A stretch of 64,000 nucleotides of DNA from Minisyncoccota bacterium (GCA_036399335.1 DASWNF010000009.1:20625-84624), one strand, 5' to 3'; shown: positions 1 to 8,409, counted from the stretch's first letter. The notes: generated by a model from the sequence alone, not told the origin. A program made the numbers and translations.

Positions 1-1
1 C

Positions 2-466
2 GAGCTCTATCAAATTGGCCGTGGCGAACAGGGCGTACTCATGGTCGAACCGTATAAGTCGGAAATACTTCCGCACTGGCGATTCAAGACGCCCGAGATA
101 GCCCAAGTATCCTCAAAAGCTATATACGGGCTCTTTCTCGCGTACAAGCGCAAGAAGGATTTCGTTGGTATGGACATGGCGCGAAAGTTCCTGCAGATGG
201 GGTACACGCGTGCCTGCCGCTACGCGAACCATGCGTCCGGGAAGAAGTACGAGAAGAACCCACAAAAGGAGCAAACCAAAGAGATGGAGAAGGACGCACG
301 CCACAAGGTGCGACCCCAAGAGGCGGACTGGAAGACGAGCGAGAAGGCCGAGGCGGCGCGCATATTTTATGGGGTTTATGTAAGGGCACGTGAAGACCCG
401 GCATATAAGAAGATGCGGGAAGCGCATAAGGAGATAGAGGCCACGCGCAAGAAGTTCGAAACCTAG
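2..466 (+). CDS. hypothetical protein; 5' end runs off the window, highly charged Lys/Glu-rich C-terminus
   Basis: The ORF is open to position 2 in frame. Composition is protein-like and it is followed by a hairpin at 490-517. Confidence 0.5.
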   Translation, partial: ELYQIGRGEQGVLMVEPYKSEILPHWRFKTPEIAQVSSKAIYGLFLAYKRKKDFVGMDMARKFLQMGYTRACRYANHASGKKYEKNPQKEQTKEMEKDARHKVRPQEADWKTSEKAEAARIFYGVYVRAREDPAYKKMREAHKEIEATRKKFET

Positions 467-489
467 TCTGCCAGCAATAAATAGAGAAA

Positions 490-517
490 CCGCGTAAACG
501 GAATCTCCGTTACGCGG
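490..517. terminator. bidirectional hairpin between convergent ORFs
   Basis: ccgcgtaaacgg-aatct-ccgttacgcgg stem-loop. Confidence 0.5.
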
Positions 518-534
518 CACTACTGCTGAGTCCC

Positions 535-723
535 TCAGGAAGGCTTTTCGTACGCGATGACCACATTCTCGTCCGGGTTAGATTTGTCGGTGATCAGGAT
601 ACGCGCACCACTTCCAGACTTGGCATGTCTGTACAGATCGTCGACCGAAAGCGGGGAAGTGAATTTTGCCCTCTCCTGCTCATCCACATTCTGGCCAAGA
701 ACCGTGCGTGCTGGTCTTTTCAT
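535..723 (-). CDS. small hypothetical protein (about 62 aa from the internal Met)
   Basis: A minus-strand ORF with charged, protein-like composition. The overlapping plus-strand ORF 557-772 looks less protein-like. Confidence 0.4.
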   Translation of the reverse strand: MKRPARTVLGQNVDEQERAKFTSPLSVDDLYRHAKSGSGARILITDKSNPDENVVIAYEKPS

Positions 724-774
724 GACCTCTACTCCCTTGCTGCCTGGACAGAACCTTAGCATAGTTGCATAAGG

Positions 775-806
775 GTTCCAACATCGTCCCAGACTGCCAG
801 CAATTG
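775..806 (+). repeat. copy 1 of a recurrent ~30-bp intergenic motif (GTTCCAACATCGTCCCAGACTGCCAGCAA)
   Basis: Direct reading. The same motif recurs at 1095, 1411, 2243, 2723, 33777, 34369 and 34747. Confidence 0.8.
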
Positions 807-810
807 TTGT

Positions 811-1092
811 ATGCTTGAGTGTATGGAATTTCTATATAAAGCGTTTCTACTATTGTTCTGGATTGGTGTGACTTGGCTATTGTATAGAGCCCTTAGAAGT
901 GGCCACATAATGCAGTTTGGTCAGTATCCGAACCCGGATTATCGTATTGGTTCTAATAATCCTGATCACCACCTCTACCGGCACTGGGACAGGAGCAAGA
1001 ATCCGACTGCTTTCTACGTAACCCTTGTAGGGGTGATTGTTATCTTATTTTCACTCACAGGACTCGCGTTAATGTCTTTTACTCAAAACTAG
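811..1092 (+). CDS. small membrane protein (2 predicted TM helices), AT-richer cassette-like ORF
   Basis: Two hydrophobic stretches. Its TAG stop directly abuts motif copy 2. Confidence 0.55.
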   Translation: MLECMEFLYKAFLLLFWIGVTWLLYRALRSGHIMQFGQYPNPDYRIGSNNPDHHLYRHWDRSKNPTAFYVTLVGVIVILFSLTGLALMSFTQN

Positions 1093-1094
1093 GG

Positions 1095-1126
1095 CTCGAA
1101 CATCGTCCCCATTCTTCCAGCAATAC
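1095..1126 (+). repeat. motif copy 2 (GCTCGAACATCGTCCCCATTCTTCCAGCAA, more diverged)
   Basis: Aligned to the consensus by eye. Confidence 0.6.
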
Positions 1127-1179
1127 TCTTGGTAGCAGGAAGTGTGGCATACTAACGCAGGCAACCGAGGGAGTTGGAC

Positions 1180-1323
1180 ATGGCATATCTGAGTCGCGAT
1201 ATTATCGAAAAAATGCACGAGCTGCGGAAAGGGTACGAGATTATCGAAGATGCCCGTCAGAGGTATGTCGAGAAGGTTCGGGCAGACCGCGCTGAACCAC
1301 CGCTTCCGCTGGAGCTTCCATGA
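1180..1323 (+). CDS. small hypothetical protein (47 aa), below the ORF-track length cutoff
   Basis: ATG preceded by a GGGAG Shine-Dalgarno-like sequence. It lies between motif copies 2 and 3. Translation: MAYLSRDIIEKMHELRKGYEIIEDARQRYVEKVRADRAEPPLPLELP. Confidence 0.35.
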   Translation: MAYLSRDIIEKMHELRKGYEIIEDARQRYVEKVRADRAEPPLPLELP

Positions 1324-1410
1324 AGTCATGAATCTGAGGCACTGCTCTTTGCAGCTGTTCAACCGCCCAAGCACCATGCTTGGGCGGTTTCGCATACCAT
1401 AGTTCCATCA

Positions 1411-1442
1411 TCGTCCCAGACCGCCAGCAAAAGCTATATACT
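1411..1442 (+). repeat. motif copy 3 (AGTTCCATCATCGTCCCAGACCGCCAGCAA)
   Basis: Direct reading. Confidence 0.8.
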
Positions 1443-1449
1443 TTAGGTC

Positions 1450-2241
1450 ATGATCAACTCATCAGTTCCAGTTCAAAAAATTGGGTCATATTTTGAGATA
1501 GATAACGACGGTTATGTCACGAATCCGAGTTCGCTTGAGAAGCTTCAGGCGGAGTGGAAGCCACTTATTGATGAAGTGGTAGAAGCATATAAGCGTCATT
1601 CTGGAGACACGCTTCACAGCATCTATGTTCGGGGCTCGGTAGCTCGAGGAAAGGCAATAACTGGGATTTCGGACGTCGACAGCTACGCCTACACGACTCA
1701 AGAGGGGAAGCTGGACAAAACCTGGATGAAAGAGGAAGAGGAAACTCTCTTAAAAAGATTTCCCTTTGCGGAAGGTATAGAGTTTTCGCTCGACCTGCTC
1801 AAGTTCGCAGAGGAAGATCACGTTATGCTGGCTCAAAGCGTCTGTCTATACGGCACGGACCTCACGATACAAGCGCCTAAGCTTAAGCCGGGAAGGGATA
1901 TGGTGGTCCATGTCCTCACGCTCGGTAAGCGTCTTGAGTGGCTTGAAAAACGTCTGCAGCAAATCGACAGTGAAGAGGATATTAAAAAGGCCTGCCTCTG
2001 GCTCATGAAGACTTTCTTGCGTTCCGGATTTGAACTCACCATGCCTCTATCCGGTATGTATACGCGTGACCTGTACCCCTGCTACGAGACATTCTCCAAA
2101 TACTATCCGGATCGTGAGTCCCAGATGTGCGAGTTCCTACGTTTGGCTCTTAACCCCATAGCGGATAAGAAGACGCTTAGAGTTATGGCAAGAGAGTTCG
2201 GGGGCTGGCTACAAGAAGAGGCGAAGCGTGTGTATACATAA
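1450..2241 (+). CDS. nucleotidyltransferase-domain protein with ANT(3'')/ANT(9)/AadA-like architecture; putative aminoglycoside adenylyltransferase-like
   Basis: GS-x11-DxD motif (RGSVARGKAITGISDVDSY) closely resembles AadA (LYGSAVDGGLKPHSDIDLL). It has a helical C-terminal domain and 263 aa, the same length class as AadA. Coding is AT-richer than the surroundings. Confidence 0.6.
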   Translation: MINSSVPVQKIGSYFEIDNDGYVTNPSSLEKLQAEWKPLIDEVVEAYKRHSGDTLHSIYVRGSVARGKAITGISDVDSYAYTTQEGKLDKTWMKEEEETLLKRFPFAEGIEFSLDLLKFAEEDHVMLAQSVCLYGTDLTIQAPKLKPGRDMVVHVLTLGKRLEWLEKRLQQIDSEEDIKKACLWLMKTFLRSGFELTMPLSGMYTRDLYPCYETFSKYYPDRESQMCEFLRLALNPIADKKTLRVMAREFGGWLQEEAKRVYT

Positions 2242-2242
2242 G

Positions 2243-2273
2243 AGTTCCAACGTCGTCCCAGACAGCCGAAATT
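2243..2273 (+). repeat. motif copy 4 (AGTTCCAACGTCGTCCCAGACAGCCGAAA)
   Basis: Direct reading. The stop TAA of the upstream ORF abuts it. Confidence 0.75.
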
Positions 2274-2290
2274 AATGTTCTAATAGCTTC

Positions 2291-2716
2291 ATGCAAGAAA
2301 GGGGGGGCAAGATCATTCGCAACGCCTCAGTCCAATTGGCGATTATCTTTCCTTTTATCTGGTTCGTATTGCTTTCCATACAGGCAGTTCGTGAGGGAAC
2401 GGCGAGCATCTATCTCGAAATGGGATGGCTAGCAGTCCCGCTTAGCTTGCTTATGGCAAGTGATTCGTTCGTAAGGTATACAAAGATAGATTTTGAAAAT
2501 AAAACCATTTCTACTAAAGATGGAATTGGGAATAAGACAATCCTTACCGAGGGGAGTCTTCTAAGGATTATTAAAAAGGGTAGTGCCTATGATCTGGTTT
2601 ATTCAGAAAACGGTGTAGAGAAAACGGTACGGTGGTCGCTCTTCTTTTATGCGCCCAAGAAACAAAAGATGATTGTAGAGACCTTATTAGCGTTTAATCC
2701 ACGTGTCGTTAAATAA
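2291..2716 (+). CDS. hypothetical membrane protein (N-terminal TM helices, possible bacterial PH-like C-terminal domain)
   Basis: ORF with two hydrophobic segments. It lies between motif copies 4 and 5. Confidence 0.5.
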   Translation: MQERGGKIIRNASVQLAIIFPFIWFVLLSIQAVREGTASIYLEMGWLAVPLSLLMASDSFVRYTKIDFENKTISTKDGIGNKTILTEGSLLRIIKKGSAYDLVYSENGVEKTVRWSLFFYAPKKQKMIVETLLAFNPRVVK

Positions 2717-2722
2717 GGAAAG

Positions 2723-2754
2723 GGTTCCAGTATCGTCCCAGAGCCCAGCAGGGT
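2723..2754 (+). repeat. motif copy 5 (GGTTCCAGTATCGTCCCAGAGCCCAGCAGG)
   Basis: Direct reading. The stop TAA of the 2291-2716 ORF abuts it. Confidence 0.75.
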
Positions 2755-2948
2755 TGAAGCCGCTAACTTGCAATATAGCCCCAAACCTGTTACGGTATGG
2801 GCACAATCGTTCTCCTAGTTTTGGCGCGAGTAGCCCTCAGCCCCGGGATTTTCATCCCACTAAACTCGAGATCGCTTGGATCTCTGATTAACGCACAGAG
2901 TTTACTTAATCCGCCCGGGAGCGTTTCGGGCTACTAGTTTTGACTCAT

Positions 2949-4220
2949 ATGGCAACTGAATATATTCGCCGCACTGACGGCCGCCGTCCTCCGCGTACCG
3001 GAGGCTACAGCCGCGTCGGTTCTACCAGCAAACCCCGTTCTTCATCAGGTGGTGACCGCTCACGCGGTAACTCGGGTAATTCCCGCAGCCGCAGCGGAGG
3101 AGGGAAGCGCAATTACCAGGAGATGTCCGTCGACCTCTCGAAGCTCGTGAACAAGGCCCAACCGGCCGAAGAGGTGGAAGCCTTCAACCCGGTGCACGCC
3201 TTCACGGATTTTCCCATCGACGAGCAGCTTAAGGACAACATCGTCAGCAAGGGCTATGCGCTCCCGACCCCTATCCAGGACCAGTCGATCCCGCACGTGC
3301 TTGCGGGCCGCGACATCGTCGGCATCGCGAACACTGGTACCGGCAAGACGGCGAGCTTCCTCGTGCCGCTCATCGATAAGGTATTGAAGGACCGCCAGGA
3401 ACGCATCCTCATCATGGTGCCGACCCGCGAGCTCGCTATCCAGATTGAAGAGGAGTTCTACGGCTTTGCGAAGCGCCTTAACGTCCACGCCGTTACGTGC
3501 GTCGGCGGTGCAGGCATCGAGCCCCAGCTCCGCGGCCTCCGCAGGAGCCCGAACTTCGTCATCGGCACGCCGGGACGCCTTAAGGACCTGATCGAGCGCC
3601 GCTCGCTTAACCTTTCGTCCTTCGCCACCGTCGTACTCGACGAGGCCGATCGCATGCTCGACATGGGCTTCATCGGCGACATGCGTGAAATCATGGGATA
3701 CATGCCGGAGAACCGCCACACGCTCTTCTTCTCGGCAACCCTGTCCCGCGATATCGAGGCACTCATCGGCGCCTTCCTGAACGACCCGGTACGGGTCTCG
3801 GTGAAGACGCGCGATACGGCCCACACCATCGACCAGGACGTCGTCCGCATCGAAGGCGGCCGCAAGTTTGAGCAGCTCGTTGAGCTCCTCCAGGAGCCCG
3901 AGTTCGACAAGGTGCTGGTCTTCGGACGCACGAAGCACGGCGTCGAACGCCTCGCGAACGACCTCCTGCGCGCAAACATCCCGGCTGAGAGCATCCATGG
4001 CGACAAGACGCACGGACGCCGCCAGAAGGCGCTTGGCCTCTTCAAGCAGGATAAGGTGCGCGTGCTCGTCGCGACTGACGTTGCCGCCCGCGGCCTCGAC
4101 ATCTCCGGCGTCTCACACGTCATCAACTACGACCTGCCAGCGACGTATGAAGACTATACGCACCGCATCGGCCGTACCGGCCGCGCAGGGAAGACGGGTA
4201 AGGCACTTACCTTCATCTAA
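2949..4220 (+). CDS. DEAD-box ATP-dependent RNA helicase with an Arg/Gly/Ser-rich N-terminal extension
   Basis: Q motif (PTPIQ), motif I (TGTGKT), DEAD (VLDEADRMLDMGF), SAT, HGDKTHGRRQ, VATDVAARGLDI, HRIGRTGRAGKTG. Confidence 0.92.
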   Translation: MATEYIRRTDGRRPPRTGGYSRVGSTSKPRSSSGGDRSRGNSGNSRSRSGGGKRNYQEMSVDLSKLVNKAQPAEEVEAFNPVHAFTDFPIDEQLKDNIVSKGYALPTPIQDQSIPHVLAGRDIVGIANTGTGKTASFLVPLIDKVLKDRQERILIMVPTRELAIQIEEEFYGFAKRLNVHAVTCVGGAGIEPQLRGLRRSPNFVIGTPGRLKDLIERRSLNLSSFATVVLDEADRMLDMGFIGDMREIMGYMPENRHTLFFSATLSRDIEALIGAFLNDPVRVSVKTRDTAHTIDQDVVRIEGGRKFEQLVELLQEPEFDKVLVFGRTKHGVERLANDLLRANIPAESIHGDKTHGRRQKALGLFKQDKVRVLVATDVAARGLDISGVSHVINYDLPATYEDYTHRIGRTGRAGKTGKALTFI

Positions 4221-4335
4221 CCAAATAGCCCGAAGGTTCACCAAAAGCGCTCGCCCTGCGGGCGCTTTTGTATTGGGGATTAACGGTAACCTCAGCTTTA
4301 GCGGGGTATACTAATCGGGTTCCTAATCAAAACCC

Positions 4336-4620
4336 ATGGAAGACTTTCTCAAAATGGACATTTTCTTCGTCGTCGCTACGGTGGTGATGACGCTTATCGG
4401 CGCGCTTGTCGTAGTCGCGCTCGTCTATGCCGTGCGTTTCCTGCGCACCCTGAACCGCGTCGGCGATGAGTTCGCTGAAGAGGCGAAGGCGATACGTGAG
4501 GATGTGCGCGCAGCACGGGCCCGCGTGAAAGAGGAAGGATTCCGTGCAGCGTCGCTCTTCTCCTTGTTCGGCAAGAGCGTGAAGCGTGCGACGCGCAAGA
4601 AACGTGCGACTAACGAATAA
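4336..4620 (+). CDS. hypothetical membrane protein (N-terminal TM helix plus charged helical tail)
   Basis: Protein-like ORF. Confidence 0.5.
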   Translation: MEDFLKMDIFFVVATVVMTLIGALVVVALVYAVRFLRTLNRVGDEFAEEAKAIREDVRAARARVKEEGFRAASLFSLFGKSVKRATRKKRATNE

Positions 4621-4624
4621 TTTT

Positions 4625-5089
4625 ATGGCATCAAAACAAAAGAAGGGGATGAGTACGCAGACGGTTGTCGGCGTAGGTGCGGGCGTTCTCGCCGCCGCAG
4701 CAGCAGCCGGAGCAGGCTATTACTTCTACGGCGATAAGGACGCAAAGAAGCATCGCCAGGCTGCGAGCAAGTGGGCACAGGGCATGAAGGCAGACGTCGT
4801 GAAGGAAGCGAAGAACCTGAAGAAGCTCGACCAGAAGGCCGTAGCGCGCATCGTCGACCAGGCAGCGGCCATGTACCAGGGAGCGCGTTCCGTCGACCGG
4901 GATGATCTCCGTAATGCCGCGATGGAGCTGAAGCGTAACTGGAAGGAGCTTGCGAGCGAAGTCTCGGTGCCTTCAATCAAGAAGTCAGCAGCAAAGAAAA
5001 CTGCAGCTAAGAAGGCCCCGGCAAAGAAAGCTGCGCCTAAAAAAGCCGCCTCATCTGCGCCTAAGAAGTCCACAAAGCGCGCAAAATAG
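4625..5089 (+). CDS. hypothetical protein with a Gly/Ala N-terminal segment and a Lys/Ala-rich basic C-terminal tail
   Basis: ORF starting at MASKQKK. Low-complexity AKKAAPKK repeats at the C-terminus. Confidence 0.5.
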   Translation: MASKQKKGMSTQTVVGVGAGVLAAAAAAGAGYYFYGDKDAKKHRQAASKWAQGMKADVVKEAKNLKKLDQKAVARIVDQAAAMYQGARSVDRDDLRNAAMELKRNWKELASEVSVPSIKKSAAKKTAAKKAPAKKAAPKKAASSAPKKSTKRAK

Positions 5090-5138
5090 GAAGTGCTACA
5101 ATAGTTTTATTGTCAGGGAATAACAGATATTTGGTTCT

Positions 5139-5828
5139 ATGGCTTCAGAAAACGTATTTATGGAGCGGTATTTGACCCCGCTCGCCGTACTCCTCGGCGC
5201 CGTGCTCATCACCCTCGGCCTTATCTTCGGTGGTGGCCTCGGTACTTCCGGGACGTCCGACGAGCCTGCGGCAGCTGCCGAAGTCGACGTGAACGACATC
5301 GAGACCGACAACAGCCCGTCCGTCGGACAGAAGGACGCGCCGGTCACGGTCGTCGTGTGGTACGACTTCCAGTGCCGATACTGCAAGCAGTTCGAAAGCG
5401 CGACGCTTTCGGAAGTGGAGAAGAATTACGTAGCGAACGGCCAGGTCCGCATCGTCTACAAGGACTTCCAGTTCCTCGGCCCCGAGTCGATTGAAGCTGC
5501 AATTTACTCGCGCGCCGTCTGGGAGGCACATCCTGACCGCTGGCACGAGTGGTTCAAGCGCATGCTGACCGGCGAAAGCGAGTCGGCTCCGTCGCTTGCC
5601 GGCATGAATGAGATCTCGACGTCGCTTGGCCTCGACGCCGCGCGCATCACGCAGCTCATGAACGACAACAAGGCCAAGTACCAGGAAGCAGTTGACGCAG
5701 ACCGCGACGAAGGCATTAAGTTCGGTGTCGACAGCACGCCAAGCACCGTGATCGGCAAGGCCCTCATCAAGGGAGCCCAGCCTATCGCAACGGTTTCGGC
5801 AGCCATTGACGCAGAGCTAAAGAAATAG
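5139..5828 (+). CDS. DsbA-family thiol:disulfide oxidoreductase (thioredoxin fold, CxxC)
   Basis: N-terminal TM/signal segment, then WYDFQCRYCKQF with a CxxC motif. Typical DsbA/BdbD layout. Confidence 0.8.
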   Translation: MASENVFMERYLTPLAVLLGAVLITLGLIFGGGLGTSGTSDEPAAAAEVDVNDIETDNSPSVGQKDAPVTVVVWYDFQCRYCKQFESATLSEVEKNYVANGQVRIVYKDFQFLGPESIEAAIYSRAVWEAHPDRWHEWFKRMLTGESESAPSLAGMNEISTSLGLDAARITQLMNDNKAKYQEAVDADRDEGIKFGVDSTPSTVIGKALIKGAQPIATVSAAIDAELKK

Positions 5829-5844
5829 TTCACGCGGGGTAAAA

Positions 5845-5880
5845 GGAAAACGCACGCAGCAATGCGTGCGTTTTCCTTTT
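5845..5880 (+). terminator. rho-independent terminator after the DsbA-like gene
   Basis: ggaaaacgcacgc-agcaa-gcgtgcgttttcc stem followed by TTTT. Confidence 0.6.
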
Positions 5881-5901
5881 GGGGACGGTATCGTACGTCG
5901 T

Positions 5902-6510
5902 ATGGGTACTATCCGTATCGGCGCCGTTTCCGCGCTCCTATTCGTCCTCTTTGCGGGCTTGCTCATATATGCCCCAGGCGTGCTTGCGCGCATCGACCTT
6001 GCCGCAAGCACGCTCGTAGCGCCGCTCCAGACACTCGATGTCATTGAGGCCTTCCTCGTCATTACGGTGCTTGGCGGCGGCGTGGGCGTCATCGTCGTTT
6101 CGGTCGGTGCAATCTATATCGGACGGTTCGGGACTACGGAGGTATTACAGCTGGGAACCGTCCTTGCGGGAGTCTTGTTCGCGAACAAGGTCCTCAAGGA
6201 GGTATTTGTCAGGGCGCGGCCGGAGACCCTTCTTTGGCTTGACCCCATCCCGTCATTTTCGTTCCCCAGCGGGCACGCTACGGCTGCCATCGCGCTCTAC
6301 GGCTTCCTTGCCGTCCTTGCGTACCGACGGACACAAAGGTTGCTTATACCGGCGCTCCTCGTTGCCGTCGGTATTCTTGTTGGGTTGAGTCGGATCGTCC
6401 TCAGCGCACACTACCTCTCGGACGTGCTCGCTGGATTCTTCCTCGGGACGGCGCTCGTGTGCCTTGCGTTTTCGATGCCTGTCGGTCGGCTCGTAGAAAA
6501 GTATGGATGA
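5902..6510 (+). CDS. PAP2-family phosphatase (phosphatidic acid phosphatase type 2 / undecaprenyl-diphosphatase-like)
   Basis: KxxxxxxRP (KEVFVRARP), PSGH and SRxxxxxHxxxD (SRIVLSAHYLSD) motifs. The start was moved to MGTIRIG because the 5866 start overlaps the upstream terminator. Confidence 0.8.
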   Translation: MGTIRIGAVSALLFVLFAGLLIYAPGVLARIDLAASTLVAPLQTLDVIEAFLVITVLGGGVGVIVVSVGAIYIGRFGTTEVLQLGTVLAGVLFANKVLKEVFVRARPETLLWLDPIPSFSFPSGHATAAIALYGFLAVLAYRRTQRLLIPALLVAVGILVGLSRIVLSAHYLSDVLAGFFLGTALVCLAFSMPVGRLVEKYG

Positions 6511-6937
6511 GGAAACATTTCAGCGCATAGTGGGCGAAGAGTGGGACGCCGTGCCCGCACCTTACCGCGAGCGCATACAGAACGTCGCGCTCCTGGTGGA
6601 AGACGAACCGAACGAGGAGGTCCGGAGGCTGGAAGGGCTTGAAGGTACCGAAACCCTGCTCGGCATCTACCAAGGCGTACCCTTAAGCGAACGCGGTGAA
6701 GGGTATGGGATAGGGGAGGTGCTTCCGGATACCATCACGGTATACCGTCTGCCGACTCTGCTTGAGGCCGAGGATATTCGGCTTGAGACCCGGGTCGATA
6801 GGCTGGAATTCGCTGATATCGTCCGCAGCGTAGTGCGGGATACGATCTGGCATGAGATAGGACATTACTTCGGACACGGCGAGGAAGCCATCATGCATCG
6901 GGAAGAAGAGGGGAAGAACACCTATCCGGTGGTTTGA
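6503..6937 (+). CDS. minimal zinc metallopeptidase family protein (HExxH)
   Basis: HEIGHYFG motif near the C-terminus. Size and layout fit the Zn-dependent 'metallopeptidase family protein' group. Confidence 0.7.
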   Translation: MDEETFQRIVGEEWDAVPAPYRERIQNVALLVEDEPNEEVRRLEGLEGTETLLGIYQGVPLSERGEGYGIGEVLPDTITVYRLPTLLEAEDIRLETRVDRLEFADIVRSVVRDTIWHEIGHYFGHGEEAIMHREEEGKNTYPVV

Positions 6938-7047
6938 GGACTATCCCCACCTGGCGGGCGTTCAGGTTAACCTCATCATTAGGGAGCTATACTTAGCCTA
7001 ATGATAGGGCTTAGCCCATATCAGTACTTATCACGTTAACCACACTT

Positions 7048-7443
7048 ATGGCTAAAACGCTCGCAATCGTGTTCGGTATCGTGTTTGTGCTTGTGGCGGT
7101 CCTCGGCTTTGTCGACAGCGGTATCGCTGGCGAGAACGGGATCTTCCAGACGGACACGCTCCATGACCTTGTGCACCTTATCTTGGGCCTCATCCTCCTC
7201 GTTGTTGCCTTTACGGCACCAGCACGCTCGGCTGCATGGCTTAAGATCCTTGGTATCGTGTACCTCGTGCTCGCCGTACTCGGCTTCCTCACCATCCCTG
7301 AAGGCGGTGAGCTCCTCGGCCTCGTACTCATGAACACGGCGGACCACTGGCTCCACGTCGTCCTCGGTATCGCTCTCATCCTCGCCGGCATGGCAGGACG
7401 GAAGAACGATGTCTCCGGCGGCATGCCCGCAAGCTCGATGTAG
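7048..7443 (+). CDS. hypothetical integral membrane protein (4 TM; DUF4383-like)
   Basis: Four hydrophobic helices with conserved His residues. Confidence 0.6.
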   Translation: MAKTLAIVFGIVFVLVAVLGFVDSGIAGENGIFQTDTLHDLVHLILGLILLVVAFTAPARSAAWLKILGIVYLVLAVLGFLTIPEGGELLGLVLMNTADHWLHVVLGIALILAGMAGRKNDVSGGMPASSM

Positions 7444-7466
7444 GTCTTCCTACTCGGACACTATAA

Positions 7467-7493
7467 GAAAGCGGCGCCTTTGGCGCCGCTTTC
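7467..7493. terminator. bidirectional hairpin terminator
   Basis: aaagcggcgcc-ttt-ggcgccgcttt. A second hairpin, agacccgga-gtgtggg-tccgggtct, follows at 7507-7535. Confidence 0.6.
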
Positions 7494-7623
7494 TTCGTAT
7501 ACGTAAGAAGACCCGGAGTGTGGGTCCGGGTCTTGGGGTGGTGGGTTGAGGTTAAGGAGCAGGGTAGGGGGCGTGGGGGAGGGAGAATTGGGGGCGGTCG
7601 GATAGTGAGGTGGTGGTGGCAGC

Positions 7624-7899
7624 GTGTTCGATAATGGTGGTAGCAGTGAGCGCGCTAGCCTGGGCACCTTCGAGAAATACGATCGCCGTTTGTTCTCCCT
7701 CATGAAGAACGTTTGGAAGCATGAGCCTGAGGACGATAAGCAGTACGCCGAACCCGAAAGCCTTGAAGAGTGGCATAAGGGGAAAGCTAGGGGTAAGCCG
7801 CAAGACGAAGTCTGGCGGCGAGACAAGATGCCTTGTCTCCTGCGTAGGTCTTCGAGGTCCATCTCCCTCTACCCCTTAGAACCAGCCGCGGGAGGGTGA
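7624..7899 (+). CDS. hypothetical small protein (uncertain; alternative minus-strand ORFs overlap)
   Basis: Charged, protein-like composition. It ends 22 bp before msrA. Confidence 0.3.
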   Translation: MFDNGGSSERASLGTFEKYDRRLFSLMKNVWKHEPEDDKQYAEPESLEEWHKGKARGKPQDEVWRRDKMPCLLRRSSRSISLYPLEPAAGG

Positions 7900-7920
7900 G
7901 GTTTCAGGTATAGTGGGCAT

Positions 7921-8394
7921 ATGAAAAAAGCTTATTTTGCAGCCGGATGCTTCTGGGGGGTCGAGCACGCCTTCCGGCAAGTGCCGGGCGTTATCGAGAC
8001 GGTGAGCGGGTACATGAACGGAAAGACCGAGCACCCGACGTATCGGGACGTATGCTCGGGAACGACTGGCCACGCGGAAGCCGTCGAGGTCACCTATGAC
8101 CCGGAAGCCGTTACCTATGAGGCCCTGGTCCGAAAGTTCTTTACGCTCCATGACCCGACCCAGCTGAATCGCCAGGGGCCGGATGTCGGCACGCAGTACC
8201 GTTCAGGCATTTTCTATGGCACTGACGAGGAGCGTGAGGTCTCCGAGAGCGTGAAGAAGGAGCTTTCGTCGGCCTACCCGCAGCCAATCGCAAGCGAGGT
8301 TACCCAAGCAGCGACATTTTATCCTGCAGAGGAGTATCACCAACGCTACTTTGAGAAGAATCCGGGGCGCGCCGCGTGCCACCTTGGTACTTAG
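7921..8394 (+). CDS. msrA: peptide methionine (S)-sulfoxide reductase MsrA
   Basis: GCFWG active-site motif and full-length similarity to MsrA. Confidence 0.93.
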   Translation: MKKAYFAAGCFWGVEHAFRQVPGVIETVSGYMNGKTEHPTYRDVCSGTTGHAEAVEVTYDPEAVTYEALVRKFFTLHDPTQLNRQGPDVGTQYRSGIFYGTDEEREVSESVKKELSSAYPQPIASEVTQAATFYPAEEYHQRYFEKNPGRAACHLGT

Positions 8395-8409
8395 GGTTAT
8401 ACTTTCCGT

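Noticed and set aside
557-772. 71-aa plus-strand ORF whose TAA abuts motif copy 1
   Set aside because: The composition is not protein-like and it overlaps a more plausible minus-strand ORF. The stop adjacency is probably part of the motif's ATAAGG flank.
3060-4126. 317-aa and 222-aa minus-strand ORFs
   Set aside because: Antisense to the DEAD-box helicase.
7461-7862. 133-aa minus-strand Pro-rich ORF
   Set aside because: Its C-terminus is encoded by the terminator hairpin and its Pro run by the complement of a G-tract. It is probably non-coding and is left as uncertain.
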